A DNA stretch of 64,000 nt. Source: a virus (taxonomy: Duplodnaviria; Caudoviricetes). Below are positions 19,518 to 29,922 of this stretch, piece after piece. How positions within the stretch are numbered: position 1 is the stretch's first letter; each line of letters opens with the position of its first letter. The stretch lies in the IMG/VR virus record IMGVR_UViG_3300033072_000529. One strand, 5' to 3'. The translations under genes and the position numbers were made by a program. The notes beneath the pieces were generated by a model. It was given only the letters and a program-made list of their open reading frames with translations. It was not told the DNA's origin and did no database searches.

Positions 19518-19931
19518 TTAAACTGCTGGTTTTTGATTTTGTAGTTGTGCCATATATCCCAGGAATCTAGTCATTTTATCAGGATCAGTTTGTATTTTGG
19601 CTACTCCTTGTTGAAATTTCTTAGGATCATTACTTGTTGCTAGTAAATCGTCATATTCTTTTTGTTCCACAGGATCAAGTTGTGCTTGTTGTGATGGTGC
19701 AGCAGTATTACCAGCAGTTTGTATAGGTTGACCGTTTGGACCGTTTACAGCCCCCGTGGCATGTTTCATTTGAGTCTGAGGCTGTACGGACGTACCACTC
19801 CCTTGCGATGCGTTATTTGACGGTACTTGTGCAGGCGCAGCAGTGTTGGCATTTTTAGTTTGCGGTCCAGTTAAAAAAGCTTCCTGTGCTAATAGTGATT
19901 CTAATACTTGATCGAATTTTGTCATATGCAA
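19518..19931 (-). CDS. Hypothetical Q/A-rich protein (likely late/virion)
   Basis: 137 aa; MTKFDQVLESLL start; TAAATA upstream. Confidence 0.6.
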   Translation of the reverse strand: MHMTKFDQVLESLLAQEAFLTGPQTKNANTAAPAQVPSNNASQGSGTSVQPQTQMKHATGAVNGPNGQPIQTAGNTAAPSQQAQLDPVEQKEYDDLLATSNDPKKFQQGVAKIQTDPDKMTRFLGYMAQLQNQKPAV

Positions 19932-19984
19932 TATTTATGTTATATGTACTTGCATACCAGTTCAACCTGTGATTAAGTATCGAC

Positions 19985-20260
19985 GGTGACTACACATACA
20001 AAAACGCTGCGGCACACTAAGGGGCACCGCAGGGCATGGCATCACTCTATCTCCAGTTTTATTAGTTCTGGATATCACCAATAGAGCGGTAAACGATAGA
20101 CGAGACTCATCAAACATCAAGTGTTTATGAAGTTGAAGTTTAAAGTTACATCAGAATATAAACTTACTCCATACAACCTTTGGGGTAAGGGGCATATTTT
20201 GACATGACCTAAACTTCAACCTCATAAACATCAAAATTATAATCTTTTTGATTCATAAAT
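19985..20260 (+). ncRNA. Candidate structured ncRNA or origin element
   Basis: No ORF in the track; promoter-like TTGCAT..TTAAGTA at 19950-19979; several hairpins, including a ~110 nt one at 20121-20231. Confidence 0.4.
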
Positions 20261-20349
20261 ATTCCAAATTTATACATTATTCATAAATTTAAGGGAATTT
20301 TTCGTTTTTGTCTTGTTTTGGGCTAAAAATGTGCTATATTAGCATAATT

Positions 20350-20742
20350 ATGCTGCCTTATTCATATACCACTATGCAACCTTATGCGTTTACGCTGGTA
20401 GAGTCCTCCACTAATCCATTGATAGTTAATCTACTATATTTTGATCCAAACAATATGGCTAAAGATGTATCAGTGTCTATAGATGAGTATCTATCAAAAT
20501 CCGAGTTTTATAACAAAGGTATATATCATGTTAAAGGGAGTTTGATGTATGATATAGATTGTGGCAGAACGTTTATCGGAACCGTTCATAAACGGTGTGC
20601 ATGGCATGAAGCAAAGTGTAAAGGTAATATCCAACATGCTAAGGAAATAGCATATGAGATTTTTGAATACCTGACTCGTAGAGGATGGAAATACATCATA
20701 GATGATGAATTGATAGCAGGAAGAAAGGAAATAATATTTTAA
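20350..20742 (+). CDS. Hypothetical protein
   Basis: ORF from the track; start moved to the ATG at 20350, after a TG-TATATT -10 box. Confidence 0.6.
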   Translation: MLPYSYTTMQPYAFTLVESSTNPLIVNLLYFDPNNMAKDVSVSIDEYLSKSEFYNKGIYHVKGSLMYDIDCGRTFIGTVHKRCAWHEAKCKGNIQHAKEIAYEIFEYLTRRGWKYIIDDELIAGRKEIIF

Positions 20743-20745
20743 TAT

Positions 20746-21210
20746 ATGTGGTACATTTATACTGATGGGGCATGTGATGTCAATGACCGTACTAAAACTA
20801 ATACGGGAGCATATGGCTATATAACCATCAATGACTCAGGTGTTAAAATAGCGGAATTCGTTCATACTGAACATAATACCACTAATAATCGTATGGAATT
20901 GAAAGCAGTTCTCCAAGTTCTGGAAGATTATGCGAATCATAAAGAAGAAATTACCATTATGAGCGATTCCACATACGTTGTTAATGCTATTAACAAAAAA
21001 TGGATTAATAAATGGCAGAAACGAAAGTTTCAAAAACAAGGTAAAGATATTCCCAATAAAGATTTATGGGAAAAATACCTTACATTAGTTAAACCTAATA
21101 TATCTTTTAAATGGGTAAAGGGCCATAGCACTAATATACATAATCAATATGTAGATAAATTGGTGTTTGGGGAAACAGTCAAAAACAAAATTAGAATAAT
21201 CAACAGATAA
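20746..21210 (+). CDS. rnhA: Ribonuclease HI
   Basis: IYTDGAC, TTNNRMEL, SDSTY, NKDLW, WVKGH. Confidence 0.95.
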   Translation: MWYIYTDGACDVNDRTKTNTGAYGYITINDSGVKIAEFVHTEHNTTNNRMELKAVLQVLEDYANHKEEITIMSDSTYVVNAINKKWINKWQKRKFQKQGKDIPNKDLWEKYLTLVKPNISFKWVKGHSTNIHNQYVDKLVFGETVKNKIRIINR

Positions 21211-21211
21211 T

Positions 21212-21679
21212 ATGAAATTACAAGTAAAAAAACTTTCTGATAGCGCAAAATTACCAACTAGAGCACATACAACTGATTTAGGATATGATCTATACACAGA
21301 TCATGATATATTGGTTAGTCATTTATCAAACAATAAACGGTGGGTCGTGGATACTAATATATCTGTTTCCTTTCCAGAGGGATGGGGTGGATTGATTATG
21401 GATCGGTCTTCTCTAGCTAAGGAGGGGTATTCTGTCCATGGTGGAGTAATCGATTCCGGTTATACTGGGCCAATTAGAATCATTTTATCTAAACCTGGAT
21501 TATCGACGAATGTCGCATGGTCTGTAACAGATGAATTTTCACAAACAGTGTTAATCCCTAAAGGATCAAAAATAGCACAATTAGTACCTCAACAGGTCGT
21601 AAATTGGACTGTAGAAGAAACAGATAATTTGGAAACTCGGGATAGAGGCGAAAAAGGATTTGGTTCCTCTGGATTATGA
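21212..21679 (+). CDS. dut: dUTPase
   Basis: GYDL, DRSSLA, GVIDSGYTG, KIAQLV, RGEKGFGSSG. Confidence 0.97.
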   Translation: MKLQVKKLSDSAKLPTRAHTTDLGYDLYTDHDILVSHLSNNKRWVVDTNISVSFPEGWGGLIMDRSSLAKEGYSVHGGVIDSGYTGPIRIILSKPGLSTNVAWSVTDEFSQTVLIPKGSKIAQLVPQQVVNWTVEETDNLETRDRGEKGFGSSGL

Positions 21680-21796
21680 TTCTACTACAACATAATATAT
21701 GGAAAGAATACGCATATGATAGATTGATCAATGCATTTAAACATGCATTAGACTTGACAACTAGGGAATGAATAGTACAGTTATAGTAACGACTAC

Positions 21797-24235
21797 ATGA
21801 CTAATAAAATAGAATTAAACGAGGACCAAACGAGTGCATTGGCTAAATTACAAGATTTTGTCAATGTGAGTAGAAACACGTACTTCTTATTAGAGGGGAT
21901 GGCTGGAAGTGGCAAAGCTCAACCTATTCATTCTAAAATATTGACTCCACATGGGTGGGTTAGGATGGGAGATATCCGAGTCGGGCAGGTGATATATTCT
22001 ACAAACGGTGAATGTACTACTGTTACCGGGGTGTACCCACAGGGTGCAAAACAGGTTTATAAAATATCTTTAACAGATGGGTCTATAGTGGAGTCATGTG
22101 CTGACCATTTGTGGGCAGTGTCAGAATTATCAAGGGCAAAATATAAAAACAAAACTGCACCTTTGAAAGAGTTAATGGATTATAAGATCGTTAGATCAGA
22201 CGGTGAAACACGATATAAATATACATTACCTTATAATAATACACCTATTGAGTTTGCTCCTCAATCATCGAATTTTATTCACCCCTATATATTGGGTTGT
22301 TTATTAGGGGATGGCGGTATAAGTCAAAATGTGGTAGCTCTGCATAATAATGATTTACATATAATAAATCGCGTACGCGATTTATTAATGGACGAGTATC
22401 AACTGACTAAAGAATATATATCCGATTCTGGTTTAGCAGCTAAGAAATGTATGTGCCACCGAATTGTAAATAAACATAAGATTGGACTTAATGCATATGG
22501 AAGAAACATAAATAGTTTGGGATTACGTGTGACTAGTGATTTGAAATTCATACCGGAATCATATATGAGAGCGAGTATATCGGATCGTATAGAATTATTG
22601 CAGGGTATATTTGATACTGATGGAACCGTAGATAAACGAACGGGTGTAGCCTTCATAAATAGTACATCATATAGATTATTAAATGATGTTAAAGAATTAG
22701 TGTATAGTTTGGGCGGTGCCACTACAACTATTACGAAAAGTAAAAAATCTGGATATAGAAATAAACTAGGAGTATTTATCAATACCAAGGATTGTTATAG
22801 TTTGCGTATATATTTCAATAATGGGATATATCCGTTTACGTTGGAACGCAAATTGAGATGGTTTAAACAGGCAAAGGCATATGCTTTTAATAGAAAAATA
22901 GTAGAAATAACACCATCTACTATAGAGCCATGTATATGTATATCGGTTGATCATCCTAGTAAATTATACATCACCGATGATTATATATTAACTCACAATA
23001 CTACCACTACTACTGAATTTATCAAATGGTTAAAAACTAAAACCTTGCATAATAAAATAGTCATGACTGGACCCACGCATAAATCTGTAAAGGTTATGAA
23101 GAAAATGAATACTATTCCAGGTATATCATTTAATACCTTACATTCTCTCCTAGGGCTAAAGCATCGTATTACCGCAGACGGTAGAGAAGTATATGAACGC
23201 GACAAGTATGATAAATCAAAACTACAGGAATATAGTTTCGTAGTATGTGATGAAGTATCCATGTTAAGTGATCAGTTATTCCATGAACTGAATAATCAAA
23301 ACTATACAGGTATAAAAGTTCTATTCGTCGGTGATCGTAATCAAATCAATCCTATTGATCATGTTCACAGTATTCCTATGCTACAAGATAAACGGGATTT
23401 GTATGAAATAGGGTATGCACAATTAACTAAAATAGTTCGACAAGCAGAAAATAATCCTATTATCAAAATATCCCAAAGTGTATTAAATGATAATTTTGAA
23501 TTTAAAGTGGGGGATTCTATGATGGGTGTAGATTCTGGAGTGGAAATAGTAGACTCTAAGAATGCAAAACGCTTGACCCAACTATTACAAGAATATTTCG
23601 TATGTGATGCATTCGATAAAAATGCCGATCATTGTCGAGTAGTAGCATGGAGAAATAAATCAGTCGATTATTTCAATAATATCATTCGCAAAATGAAATA
23701 TGGCAATACCTGTAGAAAAATTGTTGTAGGGGAAAAGCTACTAGCGGATAAACCTATCAAGGATATAATGGTATGTGCAGAAGAAGATGAATCAGAATTC
23801 CAAATTTTATTCAACTCCAATGAGGATTTGATAGTTCGCTCTATCAAAGAGGATGTGAAAACATTATACGGTAAACAATATTACTTTTATGAAGCAGAAG
23901 TGGAAGGGGATACTAAAGAAGGATTGATCCATATTCTAGATGAACGTAGTGAGAAAGATTATGCAACTGCCTTGAAAGCAATGGCAAATGATGCTAAGAC
24001 TGAAAAAGATTCCTACATCCGTGTCCAGAAATGGAAAAAATACTTCGGGTTCATAGATAATTTTGCACAAATCAAATATGCATATTGCTGCACATGTCAC
24101 ACTGCCCAGGGTAGTACATATGAAAATACAATGGTGTTCTACACGGATATCATAGCTAACTGGAATAATGAAGAATGCAAGCGTATATTATATACCGCAG
24201 TAACTCGTCCTCGCCATAAATTATATATTTTCTAA
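21797..24235 (+). CDS. dda: Dda-like SF1B helicase containing an intein
   Basis: GMAGSGK|T, PTHK, DEVSM, GDRNQI, RQ, TCHTAQGST, YTAVTR. Confidence 0.92.
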   Translation: MTNKIELNEDQTSALAKLQDFVNVSRNTYFLLEGMAGSGKAQPIHSKILTPHGWVRMGDIRVGQVIYSTNGECTTVTGVYPQGAKQVYKISLTDGSIVESCADHLWAVSELSRAKYKNKTAPLKELMDYKIVRSDGETRYKYTLPYNNTPIEFAPQSSNFIHPYILGCLLGDGGISQNVVALHNNDLHIINRVRDLLMDEYQLTKEYISDSGLAAKKCMCHRIVNKHKIGLNAYGRNINSLGLRVTSDLKFIPESYMRASISDRIELLQGIFDTDGTVDKRTGVAFINSTSYRLLNDVKELVYSLGGATTTITKSKKSGYRNKLGVFINTKDCYSLRIYFNNGIYPFTLERKLRWFKQAKAYAFNRKIVEITPSTIEPCICISVDHPSKLYITDDYILTHNTTTTTEFIKWLKTKTLHNKIVMTGPTHKSVKVMKKMNTIPGISFNTLHSLLGLKHRITADGREVYERDKYDKSKLQEYSFVVCDEVSMLSDQLFHELNNQNYTGIKVLFVGDRNQINPIDHVHSIPMLQDKRDLYEIGYAQLTKIVRQAENNPIIKISQSVLNDNFEFKVGDSMMGVDSGVEIVDSKNAKRLTQLLQEYFVCDAFDKNADHCRVVAWRNKSVDYFNNIIRKMKYGNTCRKIVVGEKLLADKPIKDIMVCAEEDESEFQILFNSNEDLIVRSIKEDVKTLYGKQYYFYEAEVEGDTKEGLIHILDERSEKDYATALKAMANDAKTEKDSYIRVQKWKKYFGFIDNFAQIKYAYCCTCHTAQGSTYENTMVFYTDIIANWNNEECKRILYTAVTRPRHKLYIF
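21917..22999 (+). mobile_element. Class-3 (Ala1, WCT) intein with LAGLIDADG endonuclease, 361 aa
   Basis: Starts AQP after Walker A GK and ends THN|T; DHLW, CICISV, ILGCLLGDG and LLQGIFDTDG. Confidence 0.92.
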
Positions 24236-24292
24236 GCGAAAAATGGAAAAACCATTGTTTAGAAGGAGAAATGATCATAAGTATCGAATATC

Positions 24293-24934
24293 ATGACAAC
24301 ATTAGATAACACTATAATTGTTCCGGCATTTGACCGGGACTACTGGATTGCCCAATTAAAAAAAGAAGTGGGCCTGCCCCATATACCGTATAATAAATTA
24401 GCGGAATATACCGTTGATTTTGAGTCTCCGTTTGGTTTAGGAAAAACCACCAAAAATGCCAAAGAATATGTAGATGAGCAATTGGCTCTTATTGAGGGAC
24501 AATATAGTGATGCTTCCTCTACCTTACAAGCAGAGTCTAAGGAAGCGGAATCCTGGTTGGGGTCCACTAACGGGTTGCTATCTGGTATAGCAAACGAAGA
24601 TATTCCACAACTCCAACCTATTGTACAGGAAGTGAATAAATTAAATATTCGTTACCTTGATGTCAGAATAGTGGATATGAATTATACCGTCATAATAAAC
24701 GATGACGGTACTAGAGATAAACTAGATCAAATAAACAGTGTTATATATAGTCCTTGGTTTATAAAGGAACGTAAGCACACTGAGCTTACACAATTAGAAA
24801 ACTTTATAAGTTGGTATCAGTATTCCAATGCTGTTCAGCTTGTGCCAAAACCTAAGAAAGATGTTCGGGATTTTGAGGATATTACCAAGTCTATGGATAC
24901 CATATTTGACGGTATTAAGTTGGAGGGTTTTTAA
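24293..24934 (+). CDS. Hypothetical protein (likely late)
   Basis: 213 aa; TAAGTA upstream. Confidence 0.6.
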   Translation: MTTLDNTIIVPAFDRDYWIAQLKKEVGLPHIPYNKLAEYTVDFESPFGLGKTTKNAKEYVDEQLALIEGQYSDASSTLQAESKEAESWLGSTNGLLSGIANEDIPQLQPIVQEVNKLNIRYLDVRIVDMNYTVIINDDGTRDKLDQINSVIYSPWFIKERKHTELTQLENFISWYQYSNAVQLVPKPKKDVRDFEDITKSMDTIFDGIKLEGF

Positions 24935-24940
24935 TATATT

Positions 24941-26509
24941 ATGAATTATACATTAGATGATTTTATACAGGATGCAAAGGCAGTGGGCATTGGGATATAT
25001 AGAAACCCTAAAGGTGAAGTGAACATTATGCGTAGCAGTATAGGATTATTGGTGGATGTAACTGATGATAAATTGAATCCACACATAGCCGTAGAGGCAA
25101 GCACTATTCGATTGGGTTGTAGACTGGAAGAGATTAAAGAATCAATTAAAACTTTAGCTACAATTGGCAGAAATCAAGACTTTTGTATATATAAACTTAT
25201 CTGTGATGTGGATATCTATTGCGAAAATTGTAATCATATGTGGGATGGAAGTGTATTAAAAGCCCCATATACCACTAAGGATATATACCATCATGCTGAT
25301 AGAGTTTATAGTATACGTGGGGCATGGGCACCTAGAGCAAAGAAAATATTGTTTCGTAGAGTACCACATGATTATTATCAGACTGCGTATACCATTGAAA
25401 CCAATAAACTATTAGGTGATGGACAAATAAAAGTCCCGGATAGGGAAACGTTTAAATCTGTTGATTTCAGTATACATGTGTTTATCAGAGATATTAAACA
25501 TCCCAATAGCTATGTGGTAACTTTTGCCGATGGCAAGGGCTATACATCTTCGATAGAAGATTTGCCGGGGACTGCAATCGATCCAGAAGAATTAGTGTTC
25601 GAAAAACACTCACATGATAACCAATCATATATAGTTGTACACTATAAAGATAGCTATAATTATAGGGAGAATCTCACATCGTATAAGGAGTTGATCTATG
25701 AATATGAGGGAATTCCCATCATATATTATGATGACTATTGTCGGAATGTATTGGGAACTATTAAGTGTCACGAAGTTTTTCATAAGCAACCATTTTCTAC
25801 CTATAAGGGGATATGGAGTGATTCTGATATCGTATTAGATAAACCGCTTGAAAAACCTGTTTTCCCTCCTAATAAGCTAATAAGCGAAGCGGCGATGAAA
25901 ATGACTACCACACCTGTTATTCCGATAGAGGAAATCCTTGAAGAGAAGGGTAAAGTTGTAGAGAAGGGTAAAGTTGCAGATATTAAAAAAATTGACGGTA
26001 TAACACTGGATCGGCCTAATAATATTAAACATGTCGATGTTGGGAATATGCCTATTCATGAGGCGCAATCTTTATTAAGACCTCTTGTTCGGACAATGGC
26101 GGATATTCCGGTTAATATAGGAGGTTCCACGTTTATGGTTCCAACCGCCTGTAATTACCCATCAATATCTACCACATATATACCCAGCTTATCTGGTTGT
26201 TGGGTGAATAAGCCCACCGAATCAGTCAAAACAGAACAACAATATCAGGTTATATATGATATGTTGACCCGATTATATATACAAGATTTCCAAAATGGAT
26301 TGATAAGATATACTCCCAATATTTCGAAAGCCATGTCATTCGGTATGCCTAATGATAGGCCAGATATAAACATCACCATTGATGATATATCATCTGAAGT
26401 ATTAACCATACTTAAAGCCATACGGGCAGAGGACTATGTACGGCTACGACATATGCATTTAGTATTCACGAAGGTGGCAACCGTGACCACAGTGGAATAT
26501 ATTACTTGA
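24941..26509 (+). CDS. Hypothetical protein
   Basis: 522 aa ORF. Confidence 0.6.
   Translation: MNYTLDDFIQDAKAVGIGIYRNPKGEVNIMRSSIGLLVDVTDDKLNPHIAVEASTIRLGCRLEEIKESIKTLATIGRNQDFCIYKLICDVDIYCENCNHMWDGSVLKAPYTTKDIYHHADRVYSIRGAWAPRAKKILFRRVPHDYYQTAYTIETNKLLGDGQIKVPDRETFKSVDFSIHVFIRDIKHPNSYVVTFADGKGYTSSIEDLPGTAIDPEELVFEKHSHDNQSYIVVHYKDSYNYRENLTSYKELIYEYEGIPIIYYDDYCRNVLGTIKCHEVFHKQPFSTYKGIWSDSDIVLDKPLEKPVFPPNKLISEAAMKMTTTPVIPIEEILEEKGKVVEKGKVADIKKIDGITLDRPNNIKHVDVGNMPIHEAQSLLRPLVRTMADIPVNIGGSTFMVPTACNYPSISTTYIPSLSGCWVNKPTESVKTEQQYQVIYDMLTRLYIQDFQNGLIRYTPNISKAMSFGMPNDRPDINITIDDISSEVLTILKAIRAEDYVRLRHMHLVFTKVATVTTVEYIT
25942..25976 (+). repeat. 18-bp-period in-frame tandem duplication
   Basis: AGAGAAGGGTAAAGTTG twice (EKGKVV EKGKVA). 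Confidence 0.8.
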
Positions 26510-26541
26510 TATGAGATATACAGGGCACTAGATATAGTATA

Positions 26542-27330
26542 ATGATTAAAAGCGTACAAGTAACAACGGGGTTCATGACTCAATCACCAAATATAGCCGG
26601 GCGTAAATTCGAATTTACGCCCGGTTTAAATATTATATTCGGTGAAAATGGTTCCATGAAGACTTCTTTATTGAAGACTATGGCAGCATATTGCGGTATT
26701 GAGCGGGGAGGATGGAGTAACATATCTGAACCGGGAAAACTAGCTGCTAATAATGTTGGACATTTTCCGTATGTTTGGCGTAAATATGCCCCTGGTAAAT
26801 CGGATGCAACAGTGGAATGGGATGGAACACCGACCTTTTATAATGATTCGGATACTGTTAATAAAAATGATACCTCATTTTTCTATTCCAGTGATTCTCA
26901 ATCTGCTGATGGCTTGACCTCCGAGGCAGAGCAAATGGACATATTGGCAGCTAGACCATCGTCTGGACAATTCCGAATACATAAGATCAATAAGATCATG
27001 CAAGCTATTCAGCACCCGCCTAATCTGCTAGTGGTGCCTCCTACTATACAAGATAAACATCGTGCATTGATGGAGGTCGAATATATCAAATCCTTACCTA
27101 GAAATGGTAAAATAACTCTATTGTTAGATGAACCAGAGAAAGCGCTGTTTTTACCTAAACAATTAGAGTTATTTAATGCTTTACAGCAATTGGCGAAGAA
27201 TTTCCAAGTTATTATTGTAACCCACTCTCCCTTTGTACTGTTTTTAAAGGATGTTAATCTTATAGATTTAACACCTGGGTCGTCTAAACTATGTAGAGAC
27301 TTAATTAAAAAGCAAGTTAAGGGGAAGTAA
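26542..27330 (+). CDS. ABC-type ATPase
   Basis: GENGSMKT, SSGQ signature, LLLDEPE, VTHSP. Confidence 0.88.
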   Translation: MIKSVQVTTGFMTQSPNIAGRKFEFTPGLNIIFGENGSMKTSLLKTMAAYCGIERGGWSNISEPGKLAANNVGHFPYVWRKYAPGKSDATVEWDGTPTFYNDSDTVNKNDTSFFYSSDSQSADGLTSEAEQMDILAARPSSGQFRIHKINKIMQAIQHPPNLLVVPPTIQDKHRALMEVEYIKSLPRNGKITLLLDEPEKALFLPKQLELFNALQQLAKNFQVIIVTHSPFVLFLKDVNLIDLTPGSSKLCRDLIKKQVKGK

Positions 27331-27838
27331 GATTATACTTGGCTCGCAACGATGTATACCAATCGGGTGTCGGACCATGATTCCACACGGCAAAGGGCTT
27401 GTCGAATATATAATACAAGCGATATTTGTCGATGACGGATGCATCATCGAATTCTGGTAGTTCCACACATTTTTTATCATCTGCAATAGCAGCCACAAAG
27501 GGTTGCAATTCGGTATTACGGAAAAATAATAAATGCTTGTTGAAATCCACCCATGTTAAAATGGCATTACATTTGTGATATTTTTTATAACGCCTAGCAT
27601 ATTCCTGAGAAATGGCATGTGTATGCGTCAATAACCAGTCGAAATTTGCTTGTGATTGTCTTGCCCATATGGCACACGGATGATTCCTGTGTGTTAGTTT
27701 ATATGGAGCAGGAATGTTTTGTAGATGGAACACACTGCACAATAATTGGCAGGATTCCAGGTACATTTTGACACAATGTTTGTCACACAGATATTGTGCG
27801 GATAAAACAGGATCAGAGTCGGTGCAGAAGATATTCAT
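27317..27838 (-). CDS. Pyrimidine-dimer DNA glycosylase-like protein (DenV family)
   Basis: MNIF...SAQYLCDKHCVKMYLESCQLL, HPCAIW, YRLYY. Confidence 0.85.
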   Translation of the reverse strand: MNIFCTDSDPVLSAQYLCDKHCVKMYLESCQLLCSVFHLQNIPAPYKLTHRNHPCAIWARQSQANFDWLLTHTHAISQEYARRYKKYHKCNAILTWVDFNKHLLFFRNTELQPFVAAIADDKKCVELPEFDDASVIDKYRLYYIFDKPFAVWNHGPTPDWYTSLRAKYNLTSP

Positions 27839-27886
27839 GTGATATATTAACACATGATTGCGAAGTGTCAACGGGTAAGTATGTAC

Positions 27887-28489
27887 ATGACAGGTGAAGA
27901 ATTCATTGGTAAATGTATATTACAAATGCTGGCAGATGGAATCACTGTTCAATTTAATAAACGAAAAAACAATAGTAAATATGCATTTAATTTTTTCGAT
28001 ATAGATAAAGAAGCAAAAAATAGACTAGTTATAAACTATTTCTATAATCCACAAGAGGGCGATGCATATATATTAGAGACCTTTATTCATGAATATTGTC
28101 ATTATAGGCAGTGGAAGAGTAACCCTGTGAAATGGGATATATTCGACTATCATTATAATTTATTAGATGATTGGCTATGTCACCGTTCTGAGGTTGTGCC
28201 AGAGGAATCCATACGATATATACAAAAAATGGAATCCGACTGTGATAGAAGAGTCGTGAGATTGGTTAAAAAATATCAATTACCTATAAATTTAGAAACA
28301 TATATTAAACAGTCTAATGCATATATACTATCTTATAATATGGTTTTGAAACAGCGCAAATTTTTCAACTTTGCAGCCTATAACCACGAAGATATATTGA
28401 AAAATATAGAACCTAAATGTTATAGTATGCGACAATTAATGGTATTGCCCGTTGGATATGAGGAAGCATTTGTGAAAAATTCTTGGTAG
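27887..28489 (+). CDS. Putative zincin-like protein
   Basis: FIHEYCH (HExxH) with downstream E; TAAGTA upstream. Confidence 0.55.
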   Translation: MTGEEFIGKCILQMLADGITVQFNKRKNNSKYAFNFFDIDKEAKNRLVINYFYNPQEGDAYILETFIHEYCHYRQWKSNPVKWDIFDYHYNLLDDWLCHRSEVVPEESIRYIQKMESDCDRRVVRLVKKYQLPINLETYIKQSNAYILSYNMVLKQRKFFNFAAYNHEDILKNIEPKCYSMRQLMVLPVGYEEAFVKNSW

Positions 28490-28492
28490 ATA

Positions 28493-28720
28493 TTAATCCA
28501 ACAAGTCTCGGACTTTAGATATTTTTGGCAGGTCTTCCGCATTTTTCAGTGCGCGTTTATGTGCGCGTTCCACTTCTGCATCAGATAATAGTAGAGGAAT
28601 CTCTTGGCCTGACTCTAGTTCCACTCTTATATAGTTATAGTGGTCATTAGCTGCCCAATGAGGATTAGTATTCGGCACCCGTTGTAAATCACCCAAACGT
28701 TTTGCTGATATTGTAGACAT
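28493..28720 (-). CDS. Hypothetical protein
   Basis: 75 aa ORF. Confidence 0.6.
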   Translation of the reverse strand: MSTISAKRLGDLQRVPNTNPHWAANDHYNYIRVELESGQEIPLLLSDAEVERAHKRALKNAEDLPKISKVRDLLD

Positions 28721-28730
28721 ATACCTATAT

Positions 28731-29228
28731 TTATATCTTTTTTGATATAGATTTAAATAAATCTGATAAGCTGTATTGGTTTAGGAACTTTTTCAGGGCT
28801 CTTAGATCAGCAGGCTTAGCCTGTAGACACGCCAATTCATCTAATATTTCACCATCTAATAGGGCTATACTTTCAGGTGTGGAAGGAACAGGTGTGGAAG
28901 GAGACAATATAATCAATCTATTAGTGGTCTTTTTTATAGATCGAGCTAATTTATCGAATAGTTTATTTAAAATGATAGTTTTATCACCGTTTATATGTTC
29001 CGTAAAATAGGTATATAATTCTCGATTGGTATCTATACCATTATGATATATTACGACAGATGTATCGCTTAATATCACATTAGTCTCTCTAATCATATAG
29101 TATATTATAAGTTTCTTCACATCGGGTGTGATCTTAGTCAAAAGATTATATGATAGAAGTATATTGATTAGTGGTACTTCTATAGTACCTAATATGGAAT
29201 CCAGCGATATAAAAGATGTATCTCTCAT
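28731..29228 (-). CDS. Hypothetical protein
   Basis: 165 aa ORF. Confidence 0.55.
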   Translation of the reverse strand: MRDTSFISLDSILGTIEVPLINILLSYNLLTKITPDVKKLIIYYMIRETNVILSDTSVVIYHNGIDTNRELYTYFTEHINGDKTIILNKLFDKLARSIKKTTNRLIILSPSTPVPSTPESIALLDGEILDELACLQAKPADLRALKKFLNQYSLSDLFKSISKKI

Positions 29229-29710
29229 GGTATTTCAGGTATAGGGTCGGGAGACTGCGCAGGTACGCCCTTGGACATATTTACCATATGGGCTCTATAC
29301 GACGCAGGTGCCTTGCCTATACGAACATTAACTATACCATTAAAAGATCGCGGATCAAGTAATACACCATATTTTAACTGCCATTGTAATTCAGCATATG
29401 CAGCATGCCATTTACTAGTGGTCATTTCCAATACTTGTCTACTAAAATGTTCAATCCCCCATTTTGCTATTTCTTCCTGTAGTTCTTTAGATGAACCCCA
29501 ATATCTTTGGACATTATTATCTACGAAATCTATACGGTTTCGAGTTTTACCTTTCAGGGGTTTCCTCTTTATACGTTTCAGTAGCTGCTTCTTTCCTATA
29601 TAATATTGTTTAGCATCTGCGGGTAGATCAGGATGATTATTTTTGATTATATATATAAATCCGAAATATGGGGATGTGTCGTCAGGAAGGTTTAACCAAG
29701 GAGGCATCAT
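29225..29710 (-). CDS. GIY-YIG-like nuclease
   Basis: FGFIYII..YYIGKK, YWGSS, FSRQVL, AYAE, FNG. Confidence 0.8.
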   Translation of the reverse strand: MMPPWLNLPDDTSPYFGFIYIIKNNHPDLPADAKQYYIGKKQLLKRIKRKPLKGKTRNRIDFVDNNVQRYWGSSKELQEEIAKWGIEHFSRQVLEMTTSKWHAAYAELQWQLKYGVLLDPRSFNGIVNVRIGKAPASYRAHMVNMSKGVPAQSPDPIPEIP

Positions 29711-29716
29711 ATGGTG

Positions 29717-29874
29717 TTATTTATGACGCTTTTTTGGTTTTTTGAGTATTCTTTTCTGTGTTGGTATCAATATTTTAGGTATTCTAGCATCTCCAGTGGC
29801 ATATGAATCCGTATTGTTGTTTATGGATGCCTCTAATTCCTCTATTAATTTGGTAAATCTACTTGACACTATCA
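29717..29874 (-). CDS. Small basic hypothetical protein
   Basis: MIVSSRFTKLIEE..YATGDARIPKIL; start moved to avoid overlapping uvsY. Confidence 0.45.
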
Positions 29875-29922
29875 TATTTATCTTGCATCGAGAGATCGTA
29901 TAGATTATGATATACAACATAT

